In this document: piece by piece, positions 18,771 through 25,209 of the stretch | Position numbering within the stretch: the stretch's first letter is position 1 | Layout: every line of letters begins with the position of its first letter | Source: a virus | Virus record (IMG/VR): IMGVR_UViG_3300045988_044581 | Coordinates: 1 to 42,415 of that record | Length of the DNA: 42,415 nucleotides | Reading direction: 5' to 3' (one strand) | Notes under the pieces: model-generated | Seen by the model: the letters and a program-made list of their open reading frames with translations, nothing else | What the model was told of the DNA's origin: nothing | Databases searched by the model: none | Program-made: the position numbers and the translations under genes

Positions 18771-18799
18771 TATGCCAAAATTTCACAAATAGATAAAAG

Positions 18800-19060
18800 C
18801 TATTTAATCTCCCAAGAATATCCACAATCCTGGCAAATGCAGGTCTTTTTGTTTTTTGTCACAAGCTTCTGCTTTTTCGGGAAGAAGAGTGCAAAAAACG
18901 AAGGCAACCAGAAAAGGAACCACTTAATGGGTTTCCACCACCAACCAATCAAAAGCCAATAAAGGCAGCTTCCGTGGTCGTTTTTAAGCTTTTGGTCCTG
19001 TACGAAAGTGACGTTGACATTTGTGCTCCCACACTTGGGGCATATGATTTTTGTAGCCAT
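18800..19060 (-). CDS. Zinc-ribbon membrane protein (moron, antisense to the late operon)
   Basis: CPKCG...CQDCG pairs flank a Trp-rich TM segment LLIGWWWKPIKWFLFWLPSFFALFF. RBS GAGGAGG. Has its own promoter. Confidence 0.7.
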   Translation of the reverse strand: MATKIICPKCGSTNVNVTFVQDQKLKNDHGSCLYWLLIGWWWKPIKWFLFWLPSFFALFFPKKQKLVTKNKKTCICQDCGYSWEIK

Positions 19061-19101
19061 TTCTTTTTCCTCCTCATGAAAAAAGTGAAATATACGTAAG
19101 C

Positions 19102-19110
19102 ATTATAGCA
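19102..19110 (-). promoter_or_regulatory. Extended -10 promoter (TGCTATAAT) for the moron gene
   Basis: The minus strand reads TTGCTATAATGC, 42 nt upstream of ATG 19060. Confidence 0.5.
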
Positions 19111-19174
19111 AGATTGGCGAGCGGTGGCGCAGAAAAGGCCGAAAATTACTTATATCAAATCCAAGGAGGGAGAA

Positions 19175-19498
19175 ATGGGAACAGACCAGACTGTAAGCAT
19201 CGCCTTTGTGATAGCGATGATTGGATGCGTTATATCGCTTGCCAACTTTTTTAATGGCCAGAAAAAGAACACACAGGGGGAGGATGCAAGAATGGAGGAA
19301 ATCCGCACATCCTGTCTGAAAGCAAACTTAAAGCTTGATAGCGTGTGCGGGACGCTCACAGACATAAAGACCGATGTAAAGGCGATGCAGAAGCAGGTCA
19401 ATGACGCGCAGCAGGAAATTGCGGTTGTGAAGAGGGACATTAAGACTGCATTTAATCGGATCGACGATATCAACAAGAGGCTCGGGAATGAAGAATAA
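19175..19498 (+). CDS. N-terminally membrane-anchored coiled-coil protein of the lysis cassette
   Basis: RBS AAGGAGG. TM segment VSIAFVIAMIGCVISLANFF followed by a coiled coil. Start trimmed to 19175. Confidence 0.6.
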   Translation: MGTDQTVSIAFVIAMIGCVISLANFFNGQKKNTQGEDARMEEIRTSCLKANLKLDSVCGTLTDIKTDVKAMQKQVNDAQQEIAVVKRDIKTAFNRIDDINKRLGNEE

Positions 19499-19736
19499 GG
19501 CACTCACAAAATACCTGGTATTTTCTTTTGCGGTCGTGCTCTTGTACACGGTCGCAGAGCTGATCTTATCAACAGTTACAGGCATCACACACGACACTGT
19601 TACCACATGCTTATACGCATTTTTCGGCACGGAAGTCGGCGCGTGTGCTTTTATAAAAATCACCGGACGGAAGACGGAAGACACTTTTGACACATTGGAT
19701 ATCAATAAGGAGGATGAAGGGAATGAGCAGGGATGA
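19488..19736 (+). CDS. Putative holin (2 TM)
   Basis: 82 aa with two hydrophobic helices and a charged C-terminus, upstream of the endolysin. Confidence 0.6.
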   Translation: MKNKALTKYLVFSFAVVLLYTVAELILSTVTGITHDTVTTCLYAFFGTEVGACAFIKITGRKTEDTFDTLDINKEDEGNEQG

Positions 19737-19938
19737 CATTATCAGAAAGCTTACAAGCAGGAAATTTTGGGTAGCTATTGCGGCTATGCTTGGATCAATC
19801 GGGGCCAGTATCGCAGGCATCCAGACCGGCAGCGACGTGGTGGCCACAATTGGCGTTGTAGCGACCGTGGTATCTGCTGCGATGTATGCAGCACTTGAGG
19901 CGTATGTGGACGCTACCAGGATCAAGGAGGATAAGTGA
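19723..19938 (+). CDS. Putative holin (2 TM)
   Basis: 71 aa: MSRDDIIRKLTSRKFWVAIAAMLGSIGASIAGI...VVATVVSAAMYAAL. RBS AAGGAGGA. Overlaps the endolysin start. Confidence 0.65.
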   Translation: MSRDDIIRKLTSRKFWVAIAAMLGSIGASIAGIQTGSDVVATIGVVATVVSAAMYAALEAYVDATRIKEDK

Positions 19939-20675
19939 TGGTTGTATCCTCTGAGGGCCTTAATCTCATCAAAGAATTTGAGGGCTGCCAGCTCAAGGTG
20001 TACAGAGATCCGGTAGGAATCAAAACGGTGGGGTACGGACACACCGGAGCAGACGTGAATGCCATGCGTGTAGGCGCGAAGATCACGCAGGCCGAAGCTG
20101 ATGAGTATCTGCGCAAAGACACAGAGAAGGCGCAGGCCAACGTCAACTCCTTTAATGATAAGTATCACTGGACACAGACGCAGTTTGATGCGCTTGTGTC
20201 TTTTGCCTTTAATCTCGGATCTATCAATCAGCTCACGGCGAACGGGGCACGCAGCATCGCGCAGATTTCCGCAAAGATCCCTGCATATAACAAGGCGGGC
20301 GGGAAAGTTCTGCCGGGCCTTACCAGAAGAAGAAACGCAGAAAAGGCTCTCTTTGATCGCACCGCGCAGGCTGTAGAAAAGCCAAAGGAAGAGAAGAAGG
20401 AGCCAAAGACAGAAGGAAGGTACCGTGCAGGATGCACTTATACGACAACCGTCAATCTCTTTGTGCGGGACGCTGCAGCAGGGAGCATCAAGAAGTACAG
20501 TCAGCTCACACCAAACGGGAAGAAAAACGGATACTCGACAAACGGCAAAGCTGTCCTGAGAGCAGGAACCCGCGTCACGATCAGCAAGACGCAGGAAGTC
20601 GGCGGCGATATCTGGGCGCAGATTCCGTCTGGATGGATTTGTGCACAGAACAACGGGAAAGAGTACGTGAGATGA
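19938..20675 (+). CDS. Endolysin: GH24 lysozyme domain plus C-terminal SH3-like binding domain
   Basis: GH24 signature EGLNLIKEFEGCQLKVYRDPVGIKTVGYGHTG. The C-terminal GTRVTISKTQEVGGDIWAQIPSGWI segment is SH3b-like. Confidence 0.9.
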   Translation: MVVSSEGLNLIKEFEGCQLKVYRDPVGIKTVGYGHTGADVNAMRVGAKITQAEADEYLRKDTEKAQANVNSFNDKYHWTQTQFDALVSFAFNLGSINQLTANGARSIAQISAKIPAYNKAGGKVLPGLTRRRNAEKALFDRTAQAVEKPKEEKKEPKTEGRYRAGCTYTTTVNLFVRDAAAGSIKKYSQLTPNGKKNGYSTNGKAVLRAGTRVTISKTQEVGGDIWAQIPSGWICAQNNGKEYVR

Positions 20676-20794
20676 TCAGAAAGATTATGCGGGCACTTTG
20701 CAGGCACGATTTTTGTGTGACGCTGTATGACGATGGAACACGCAGACGGAGGATGTATTTTTGCAGAAAATGCGGGAAGATGATAGAAAGATAA
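20672..20794 (+). CDS. Small Cys/His-rich (zinc-ribbon-like) protein, 40 aa
   Basis: ATGA overlap with the endolysin stop. Product MIRKIMRALCRHDFCVTLYDDGTRRRRMYFCRKCGKMIER. Confidence 0.5.
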   Translation: MIRKIMRALCRHDFCVTLYDDGTRRRRMYFCRKCGKMIER

Positions 20795-20976
20795 CCGCCC
20801 AAGACATGCTCCTTGCGGACGCTATCGGGACGGCAATCAATGCAGAGATGGAAGTAGAACGCCTGCAGAAAGAGAACGACAGGCTCAACAAATGGCACTA
20901 TAAAATGTGTTATCTGATCTGCATCGCAGGAATCATAACCAGCTTTATCGGGATTATAGGAGCACTGTATGGATAG
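20761..20976 (+). CDS. C-terminally membrane-anchored coiled-coil protein
   Basis: 71 aa. TM segment CYLICIAGIITSFIGIIGALYG. Confidence 0.55.
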   Translation: MQKMREDDRKITAQDMLLADAIGTAINAEMEVERLQKENDRLNKWHYKMCYLICIAGIITSFIGIIGALYG

Positions 20977-21241
20977 GTCACTGATCCGCGATTTCTGGCG
21001 CTGCGGTGACTGCCAGATCATAGACTTTGCGATTATTCGGGCGAGGCTGAACGCCAACGAAAAGGAAGTGGTTCGGCTTATGCTTGATGAGTGCCACACG
21101 CAGGAGAGTGCTGCGGAGAAAATGGATGTATCCACAAGGTGCCTGCAGTCGTGGTGGTACTCTGCTACGGATAAGCTCTTAAGCATCCCGTGGGTTACGG
21201 CATACGCGAAAGAAATCAGAAGTAAATCAGAGCGGGAGTAA
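20969..21241 (+). CDS. Sigma-70 region-4-like HTH protein
   Basis: ANEKEVVRLMLDECHTQESAAEKMDVSTRCLQSWWYSATDKL resembles a region-4 HTH. It is the last gene before the terminator. Confidence 0.5.
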   Translation: MDRSLIRDFWRCGDCQIIDFAIIRARLNANEKEVVRLMLDECHTQESAAEKMDVSTRCLQSWWYSATDKLLSIPWVTAYAKEIRSKSERE

Positions 21242-21309
21242 CCGGTATCTCGCGGGGCAGTGAGCGAGGGAAACCGCTGCACAACTGTATTGGTGGGGAT
21301 GCAGACAAG

Positions 21310-21335
21310 AGAGGCCTATAATGGGCCTCTTTTTT
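21310..21335 (+). terminator. Intrinsic terminator ending the late operon
   Basis: AGAGGCC-TATAATG-GGCCTCT hairpin followed by TTTTT. Confidence 0.75.
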
Positions 21336-21359
21336 GATGTAAATAATTGATATTAGTTA

Positions 21360-21388
21360 TTTACAAATAAATAAACGTATAGTATGAT
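21360..21388 (+). promoter_or_regulatory. Sigma-70-type promoter TTTACA-N17-TATGAT, with inverted repeat TTATTTACAAATAA over the -35
   Basis: Hexamers at 21360-21365 and 21383-21388 with an exact 17-nt spacer in an AT-rich context. Duplicated at 22324. Confidence 0.7.
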
Positions 21389-21434
21389 AAGAGCATCAAA
21401 AGAGATCGAAAAGATCACTTACAAGGAGGAAAAA

Positions 21435-21671
21435 ATGAAGGTAGCAAAAATCGGGAATCAGAATTTCGGATTAACGGGAAAGGTAAAAAACCTTTGCGAT
21501 ATTATGGAGGACGGACTCTTTGAAGTAGAAGGGTTCTTCCACCCTGTATCCGTTGAGCGCGTTACACAGTACGGAGAAGATGAGCTTTCCGGACAGGTCG
21601 GAGGGCTCTTCAATGGAGCGGACGGCGTTCGCCGTTATTATATGGAAACGGGGAAGTTTGAGGAGGTGTAA
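21435..21671 (+). CDS. Small acidic protein (78 aa), anti-CRISPR candidate by context
   Basis: RBS AAGGAGGA. Product MKVAKIGNQNFGLTGKVKNLCDIMEDGLFEVEGFF... First gene after the strong promoter. Start trimmed from the track. Confidence 0.6.
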   Translation: MKVAKIGNQNFGLTGKVKNLCDIMEDGLFEVEGFFHPVSVERVTQYGEDELSGQVGGLFNGADGVRRYYMETGKFEEV

Positions 21672-21672
21672 A

Positions 21673-22110
21673 ATGTATAAGGTAATTGACGGGAAGCGGT
21701 ACAATACGGACACGGCAGAGAGAATAGCCGTATACTCAGAGGGAGGCGGCCCGCGCGATTTCCGACACTGGTCGGAAGAGTTGTATAGAAAGAGAAACGG
21801 CGAATTCTTCATTTACGGGGAAGGAGGCCCGGCGAGCAAATACAGCGTTTCCTGCGGTCAGAATCAATGGAGCGGAGGAGAAAAAATCATTCCGATAGCG
21901 TACGAGCAGGCGCAAAAGTGGGCCGAGGATTATCTCTCCGGAGAAGAGTACGATGAGATCTTCGGAGAAATTGACGAGGACAACGAGCGACAGACGGTGA
22001 CATTTTCCCTTCCGTCAAGCGTCTGTGAAAAGCTCCTTCGGGAGGCGGCAAAGGCTGGCTTGTCGAAGTCAGAGCTTGTGTCAAAGCTCATCATGGGAAT
22101 TGACAACTGA
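21673..22110 (+). CDS. Protein with a C-terminal ribbon-helix-helix (CopG/Arc-like) domain, Aca-like candidate regulator
   Basis: RBS GAGGAGG. The C-terminus RQTVTFSLPSSVCEKLLREAAKAGLSKSELVSKLI fits a beta-alpha-alpha RHH. Start trimmed to ATG 21673. Confidence 0.6.
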   Translation: MYKVIDGKRYNTDTAERIAVYSEGGGPRDFRHWSEELYRKRNGEFFIYGEGGPASKYSVSCGQNQWSGGEKIIPIAYEQAQKWAEDYLSGEEYDEIFGEIDEDNERQTVTFSLPSSVCEKLLREAAKAGLSKSELVSKLIMGIDN

Positions 22111-22134
22111 TGAGTTTTGAAGCATTATATAGAC

Positions 22135-22262
22135 AACTTCCCCGCATCAGCGGGGGTGATCCTTATAGCCATAAGGGAAAACAAAATTTCCCTGCGTAAG
22201 CGGGGGTGATCCTTGTAGCCATGAAGGAAAACAAAACTTCCCTGCGTAAGCGGGGCATGAAA
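22135..22262 (+). CRISPR. Cas-less type I-E-like repeat triplet (28-nt repeats, 50-bp period, 22-nt near-identical pseudo-spacers); candidate RNA anti-CRISPR or mini-array
   Basis: Repeats are AACTTCCCCGCATCAGCGGGGGTGATCC (22135), AATTTCCCTGCGTAAGCGGGGGTGATCC (22185) and AACTTCCCTGCGTAAGCGGGGCATGAAA (22235). Each has a 6-bp GC hairpin. Confidence 0.7.
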
Positions 22263-22292
22263 GAGAGCCGGTTTTTCCGGTTCTCTTTTTTT
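22262..22292 (+). terminator. Intrinsic terminator
   Basis: AGAGAGCCGG-TTTTT-CCGGTTCTCT hairpin (one G:U pair) followed by TTTTTT. Confidence 0.8.
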
Positions 22293-22323
22293 ACATATTT
22301 TATTATTTATTTGATAATTGCTA

Positions 22324-22352
22324 TTTACAAATAAATAAATGTATAGTATGAT
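22324..22352 (+). promoter_or_regulatory. Second copy of the TTTACA-N17-TATGAT promoter
   Basis: Hexamers at 22324-22329 and 22347-22352. The surrounding ~90 bp are ~85% identical to 21345-21434. Confidence 0.7.
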
Positions 22353-22401
22353 AAGAACATCAAAAGAGAGCAGAAAGCTCACTTACAAGGAGGAAATCAA
22401 A

Positions 22402-23010
22402 ATGGAAGGAATCAGAGTTGAAAACGTAGGTGGCAAGGTTGAAATTTATACGCCTTATAACCGCGATTTCATCGACGCTTTGAAGGCGAAGGTCGGCGGC
22501 GAAAGATGGGACGCAGCTAAGAAGTGCTGGACAGCTCCAGAGGAAATGCTGGATGCAGTTCGCGCCATCCTAAAGGATGTATACGGCTATACAGACATCG
22601 AGGACGCCGGAAAGCTTTACACGGTGCGCCTGGAATCCCTTTACGCAAAGGCTGACCGTGCACCTGTATCAGCCTTCAACAAGGTCATTGCTAGAGCATG
22701 GGGACGCGATTCTGGGGCGGTTGTCGGCGATGACGTCATTTTTGTAGAAGGTTCTCCGAAGTCTGGCGGAAGCCGCAACAACTGGGAAACGATCATCCCA
22801 GAAGGATGTGTGATCGATGTACTCCACGTACCGGAGAAGGCACTGGAAAAATTTAAAGAAGAGCTTGCCGGAGAGACCTGCCCGGATTACAAGATTGTAT
22901 CCGAGACGGTAGAAGAAGAGAAGAAAGATGATCAGCGCGCGAAGCTCCTCGAAGAGCGTGAAAAACTCCTTGCAAGACTTGCAGAGATTAACAAGGAGTT
23001 GGGAGAATGA
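22402..23010 (+). CDS. Hypothetical protein upstream of the integrase, translationally coupled to it (possible recombination directionality factor or other accessory factor)
   Basis: RBS AAGGAGGA with ATG 22402, 202 aa. Stop overlaps the integrase ATG (ATGA). Confidence 0.6.
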   Translation: MEGIRVENVGGKVEIYTPYNRDFIDALKAKVGGERWDAAKKCWTAPEEMLDAVRAILKDVYGYTDIEDAGKLYTVRLESLYAKADRAPVSAFNKVIARAWGRDSGAVVGDDVIFVEGSPKSGGSRNNWETIIPEGCVIDVLHVPEKALEKFKEELAGETCPDYKIVSETVEEEKKDDQRAKLLEEREKLLARLAEINKELGE

Positions 23011-24326
23011 AGCGGGCAGCTTTATATGTCCGCGTAAGTACCGCTGAGCAGAGAGATCACGGGCTGTCAGTAGACAGCCAAATCTCTGCCCTGCAGAAAT
23101 ACTGCGAGGACAACGGATATAAGATAGCTGGCATCTATAATGACGCGGGAATCAGTGCCAGGAAGAGCTACAAGAACCGGCCGGCACTCCTGCAAATGCT
23201 GAAAGACTGCCAACAGAAACGCGTTGACATTTGTCTTTTCACGAAGCTAGACCGCTTCTTCCGGTCGGTCGCTGACTACTATGCTTGCGTGGAGCAGATG
23301 GCCGACGTTCCGTGGAGGGCAATCTGGGAGGACTACGAAACTGAAACTTCTGCAGGTGTTTTCAAAGTCAACATCATGCTTTCTGTTGCTCAGTCGGAAG
23401 CGGATCGGACTTCTGAGCGAATAAAATCCGTAATGGATTACAAGCGGGCACGCGGTGAGTACGTCGGTACGGTGCCGGTTGGATACAAAAGGCAAGGAAA
23501 GACCCTTGCGATTGACCCGGAGACAGAGGCAGGCGTTCGCGCTCTCTTAGAAGGATACCTGGATTATTTGCCGCTTGATGAGTGTGTGAAAAACGCAAAG
23601 GAAAAAGGCGTGACATTCCACCGGAGGACGGCGAATGACGTGCTGAAACGCCCCACCTACTACGGGGACGCATACGGCTGCAAAGTACCGGCGTACATCA
23701 CCAAAGAGCAGCACGATGCAATCATGCAGCGGATGAGCGAGAACATCCGCAAGCCAATCCGGACGGGCGTTACCTTTACGTTTCAGGGCATGTGCCGTTG
23801 CGGATACTGCGGGCGAAGAATGTCCAGCACATCCCGCCGCAGGCACTCAGGAAAGCGTGGTGACTACATACAGATTATCTATCAGTGTCCAAAGCACGTT
23901 AATGATTTCATACATCCCATCTGTAAAGGGTGCGGGATCAATGAGGAATTTTTGGAAGATGCGATTCTGAAAGAACTGGAATCTGCGGTATCTGAGTACA
24001 ATTACAGCTTGTCAAAATCCTCAATCACAACGGCCCTTGCCGACTATAATAGGGAAAAAAAGAAGATTGAAGACAAGAAGAAGCGCCTTGCTGAGCTTTA
24101 CGAAGATGACATGATTACCAAAGAAGAGTATCAGGAAAGACGGGATGCACTGCGCGACAAGGAAAGAGACCTGAAAGCTCCGGAAGCTGCAAGAAAGGTC
24201 ATCCTTCCTGCAGGGTGGAAGGAAACGTATTTTTTACTGGATAAAGAAAACCGCCGCCTCTTTTGGAGACGAACGGTCAAAGAAATTTTGGTCTATCAAG
24301 ATCACAAGGTTAAAATCGTTTTATAG
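23007..24326 (+). CDS. int: Large serine recombinase (integrase)
   Basis: N-terminal resolvase domain AALYVRVSTAEQRDHGLSVDSQ with the catalytic Ser. Cys-rich zinc ribbon CRCGYCG...CPKH. C-terminal coiled coil. Confidence 0.9.
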   Translation: MKRAALYVRVSTAEQRDHGLSVDSQISALQKYCEDNGYKIAGIYNDAGISARKSYKNRPALLQMLKDCQQKRVDICLFTKLDRFFRSVADYYACVEQMADVPWRAIWEDYETETSAGVFKVNIMLSVAQSEADRTSERIKSVMDYKRARGEYVGTVPVGYKRQGKTLAIDPETEAGVRALLEGYLDYLPLDECVKNAKEKGVTFHRRTANDVLKRPTYYGDAYGCKVPAYITKEQHDAIMQRMSENIRKPIRTGVTFTFQGMCRCGYCGRRMSSTSRRRHSGKRGDYIQIIYQCPKHVNDFIHPICKGCGINEEFLEDAILKELESAVSEYNYSLSKSSITTALADYNREKKKIEDKKKRLAELYEDDMITKEEYQERRDALRDKERDLKAPEAARKVILPAGWKETYFLLDKENRRLFWRRTVKEILVYQDHKVKIVL

Positions 24327-24397
24327 AGCGGCGCACGGGGGTTGAACCCGCATCCCGACCTTGGGAAGGTCATATTCTACCGCTGAACTAGCGCCGC
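24327..24397 (-). tRNA. tRNA-Gly (anticodon CCC)
   Basis: Manual fold: acceptor GCGGCGC/GCGCCGC, D-arm GTTC-AGCGGTA-GAAT, anticodon arm TGACC-TTCCCAA-GGTCG, 4-nt variable loop, T-arm GCGGG-TTCAACC-CCCGT. Confidence 0.85.
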
Positions 24398-24437
24398 ATG
24401 AAAGATATATTACCACGACCGGAGCCAAAATCAAGAG

Positions 24438-24505
24438 CTAATTTCTCGTACAACTTACGTGCCATTATCTTGTGTTAATGGCACGTAAGTTGTACGAGAA
24501 ATTAG
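24438..24505. repeat. Perfect 30-bp inverted repeat with an 8-nt spacer (bidirectional terminator and/or attP candidate)
   Basis: CTAATTTCTCGTACAACTTACGTGCCATTA - TCTTGTGT - TAATGGCACGTAAGTTGTACGAGAAATTAG. Lies between convergent transcription units. Confidence 0.85.
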
Positions 24506-24532
24506 GGCCGGGAATCACTCCCGACCCTTATA

Positions 24533-24835
24533 TTATGCCTTGCTTTTGATCTTTCGAATGACAGCGCTGTACTCTTTCGGGTGCAGCGCTTTTATCACGT
24601 CGAAATGCTCGTTCAGCACGTCCATAAGCTGATCCCAGTCAGCAGCAGAAGCAGCTTCCTCAAACTCCGTTTGTGGCTGCCTCTGAGGCTCTGGCGCATA
24701 AGAGTAGACCGAAGGCGCTGCACTCTCTGCGTGATCTCTGACCGAGTAGAGTATAGACAGCTTCTCGCAAGCACCGTATGTTGTATTGCCGCACTCAAGA
24801 CGCTCGATCTCGCGGTTGATCTCTCTCATGTCCAT
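24533..24835 (-). CDS. Hypothetical protein (cassette gene 7)
   Basis: 100 aa: MDMREINREIERLECGNTTYGACEKLSILYSVRDH... Last gene of the minus-strand cassette. Confidence 0.65.
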   Translation of the reverse strand: MDMREINREIERLECGNTTYGACEKLSILYSVRDHAESAAPSVYSYAPEPQRQPQTEFEEAASAADWDQLMDVLNEHFDVIKALHPKEYSAVIRKIKSKA

Positions 24836-24846
24836 GTGCTGCCGCC

Positions 24847-25209
24847 TTATCTGAGCGCGTCCATCGCTCTCTCAAGTGCGGAGCGCTCTGCAGTGGTCAG
24901 ATCATCGTCCTGCATCATCTCTTCGATGCGATCCGCAATCCTCGCCTTGCCTTCTGCCATGCTGTAGTGCCCTCTGGTATAGTGGCCTCGCACATAGTGA
25001 CGGGAGCCGCTGTATCTGCCGTAGGGCATCCGGTCGCCTCCGCTGTATCCTTCTCCTTCCAGAGCCTCGATTTTGTCGATGTTCTTTATGGTGTCGGTCA
25101 GCTTGTGGACGGTTTCCAGATCACCGGAAGACAGCTCGCCTCTCCCGGCGATTTCGTCCAGTTCGTCGCAAAGCATGGATTTCAGTCTGTACATAGATTC
25201 TTTCATCAT
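24847..25209 (-). CDS. Hypothetical protein with a Gly/Tyr/Arg/His-rich central segment (cassette gene 6)
   Basis: 120 aa: GELSSGDLETVHKLTDTIKNIDKIE...YSGGDRMPYGRYSGSRHYVRGHYTRGHYS. 4-nt overlap with the upstream gene. Confidence 0.65.
   Translation of the reverse strand: MMKESMYRLKSMLCDELDEIAGRGELSSGDLETVHKLTDTIKNIDKIEALEGEGYSGGDRMPYGRYSGSRHYVRGHYTRGHYSMAEGKARIADRIEEMMQDDDLTTAERSALERAMDALR

Noticed and set aside
19051-19060. 10-nt match (TTGTAGCCAT) between pseudo-spacer 2 and the moron gene start
   Set aside because: A match of this length is expected by chance when all 10-mers from both pseudo-spacers are compared with both strands of the window.
20581-21282. 233-aa minus-strand ORF
   Set aside because: It overlaps four RBS-led plus-strand genes at the end of the late operon and would read into the late terminator.
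22135-22262. Interpreting the repeats as a bona fide working CRISPR array
   Set aside because: There are only three units. The spacers are 22 nt and nearly identical to each other. There is no leader and no cas genes in a closed genome. A mimic or mini-array is more plausible.
22125-22382. 85-aa minus-strand ORF covering the repeat triplet, terminator and promoter copy
   Set aside because: It runs through a tandem repeat, an intrinsic terminator and an AT-rich promoter. It has no RBS and its product is low-complexity, so it is an artefact of non-coding sequence.
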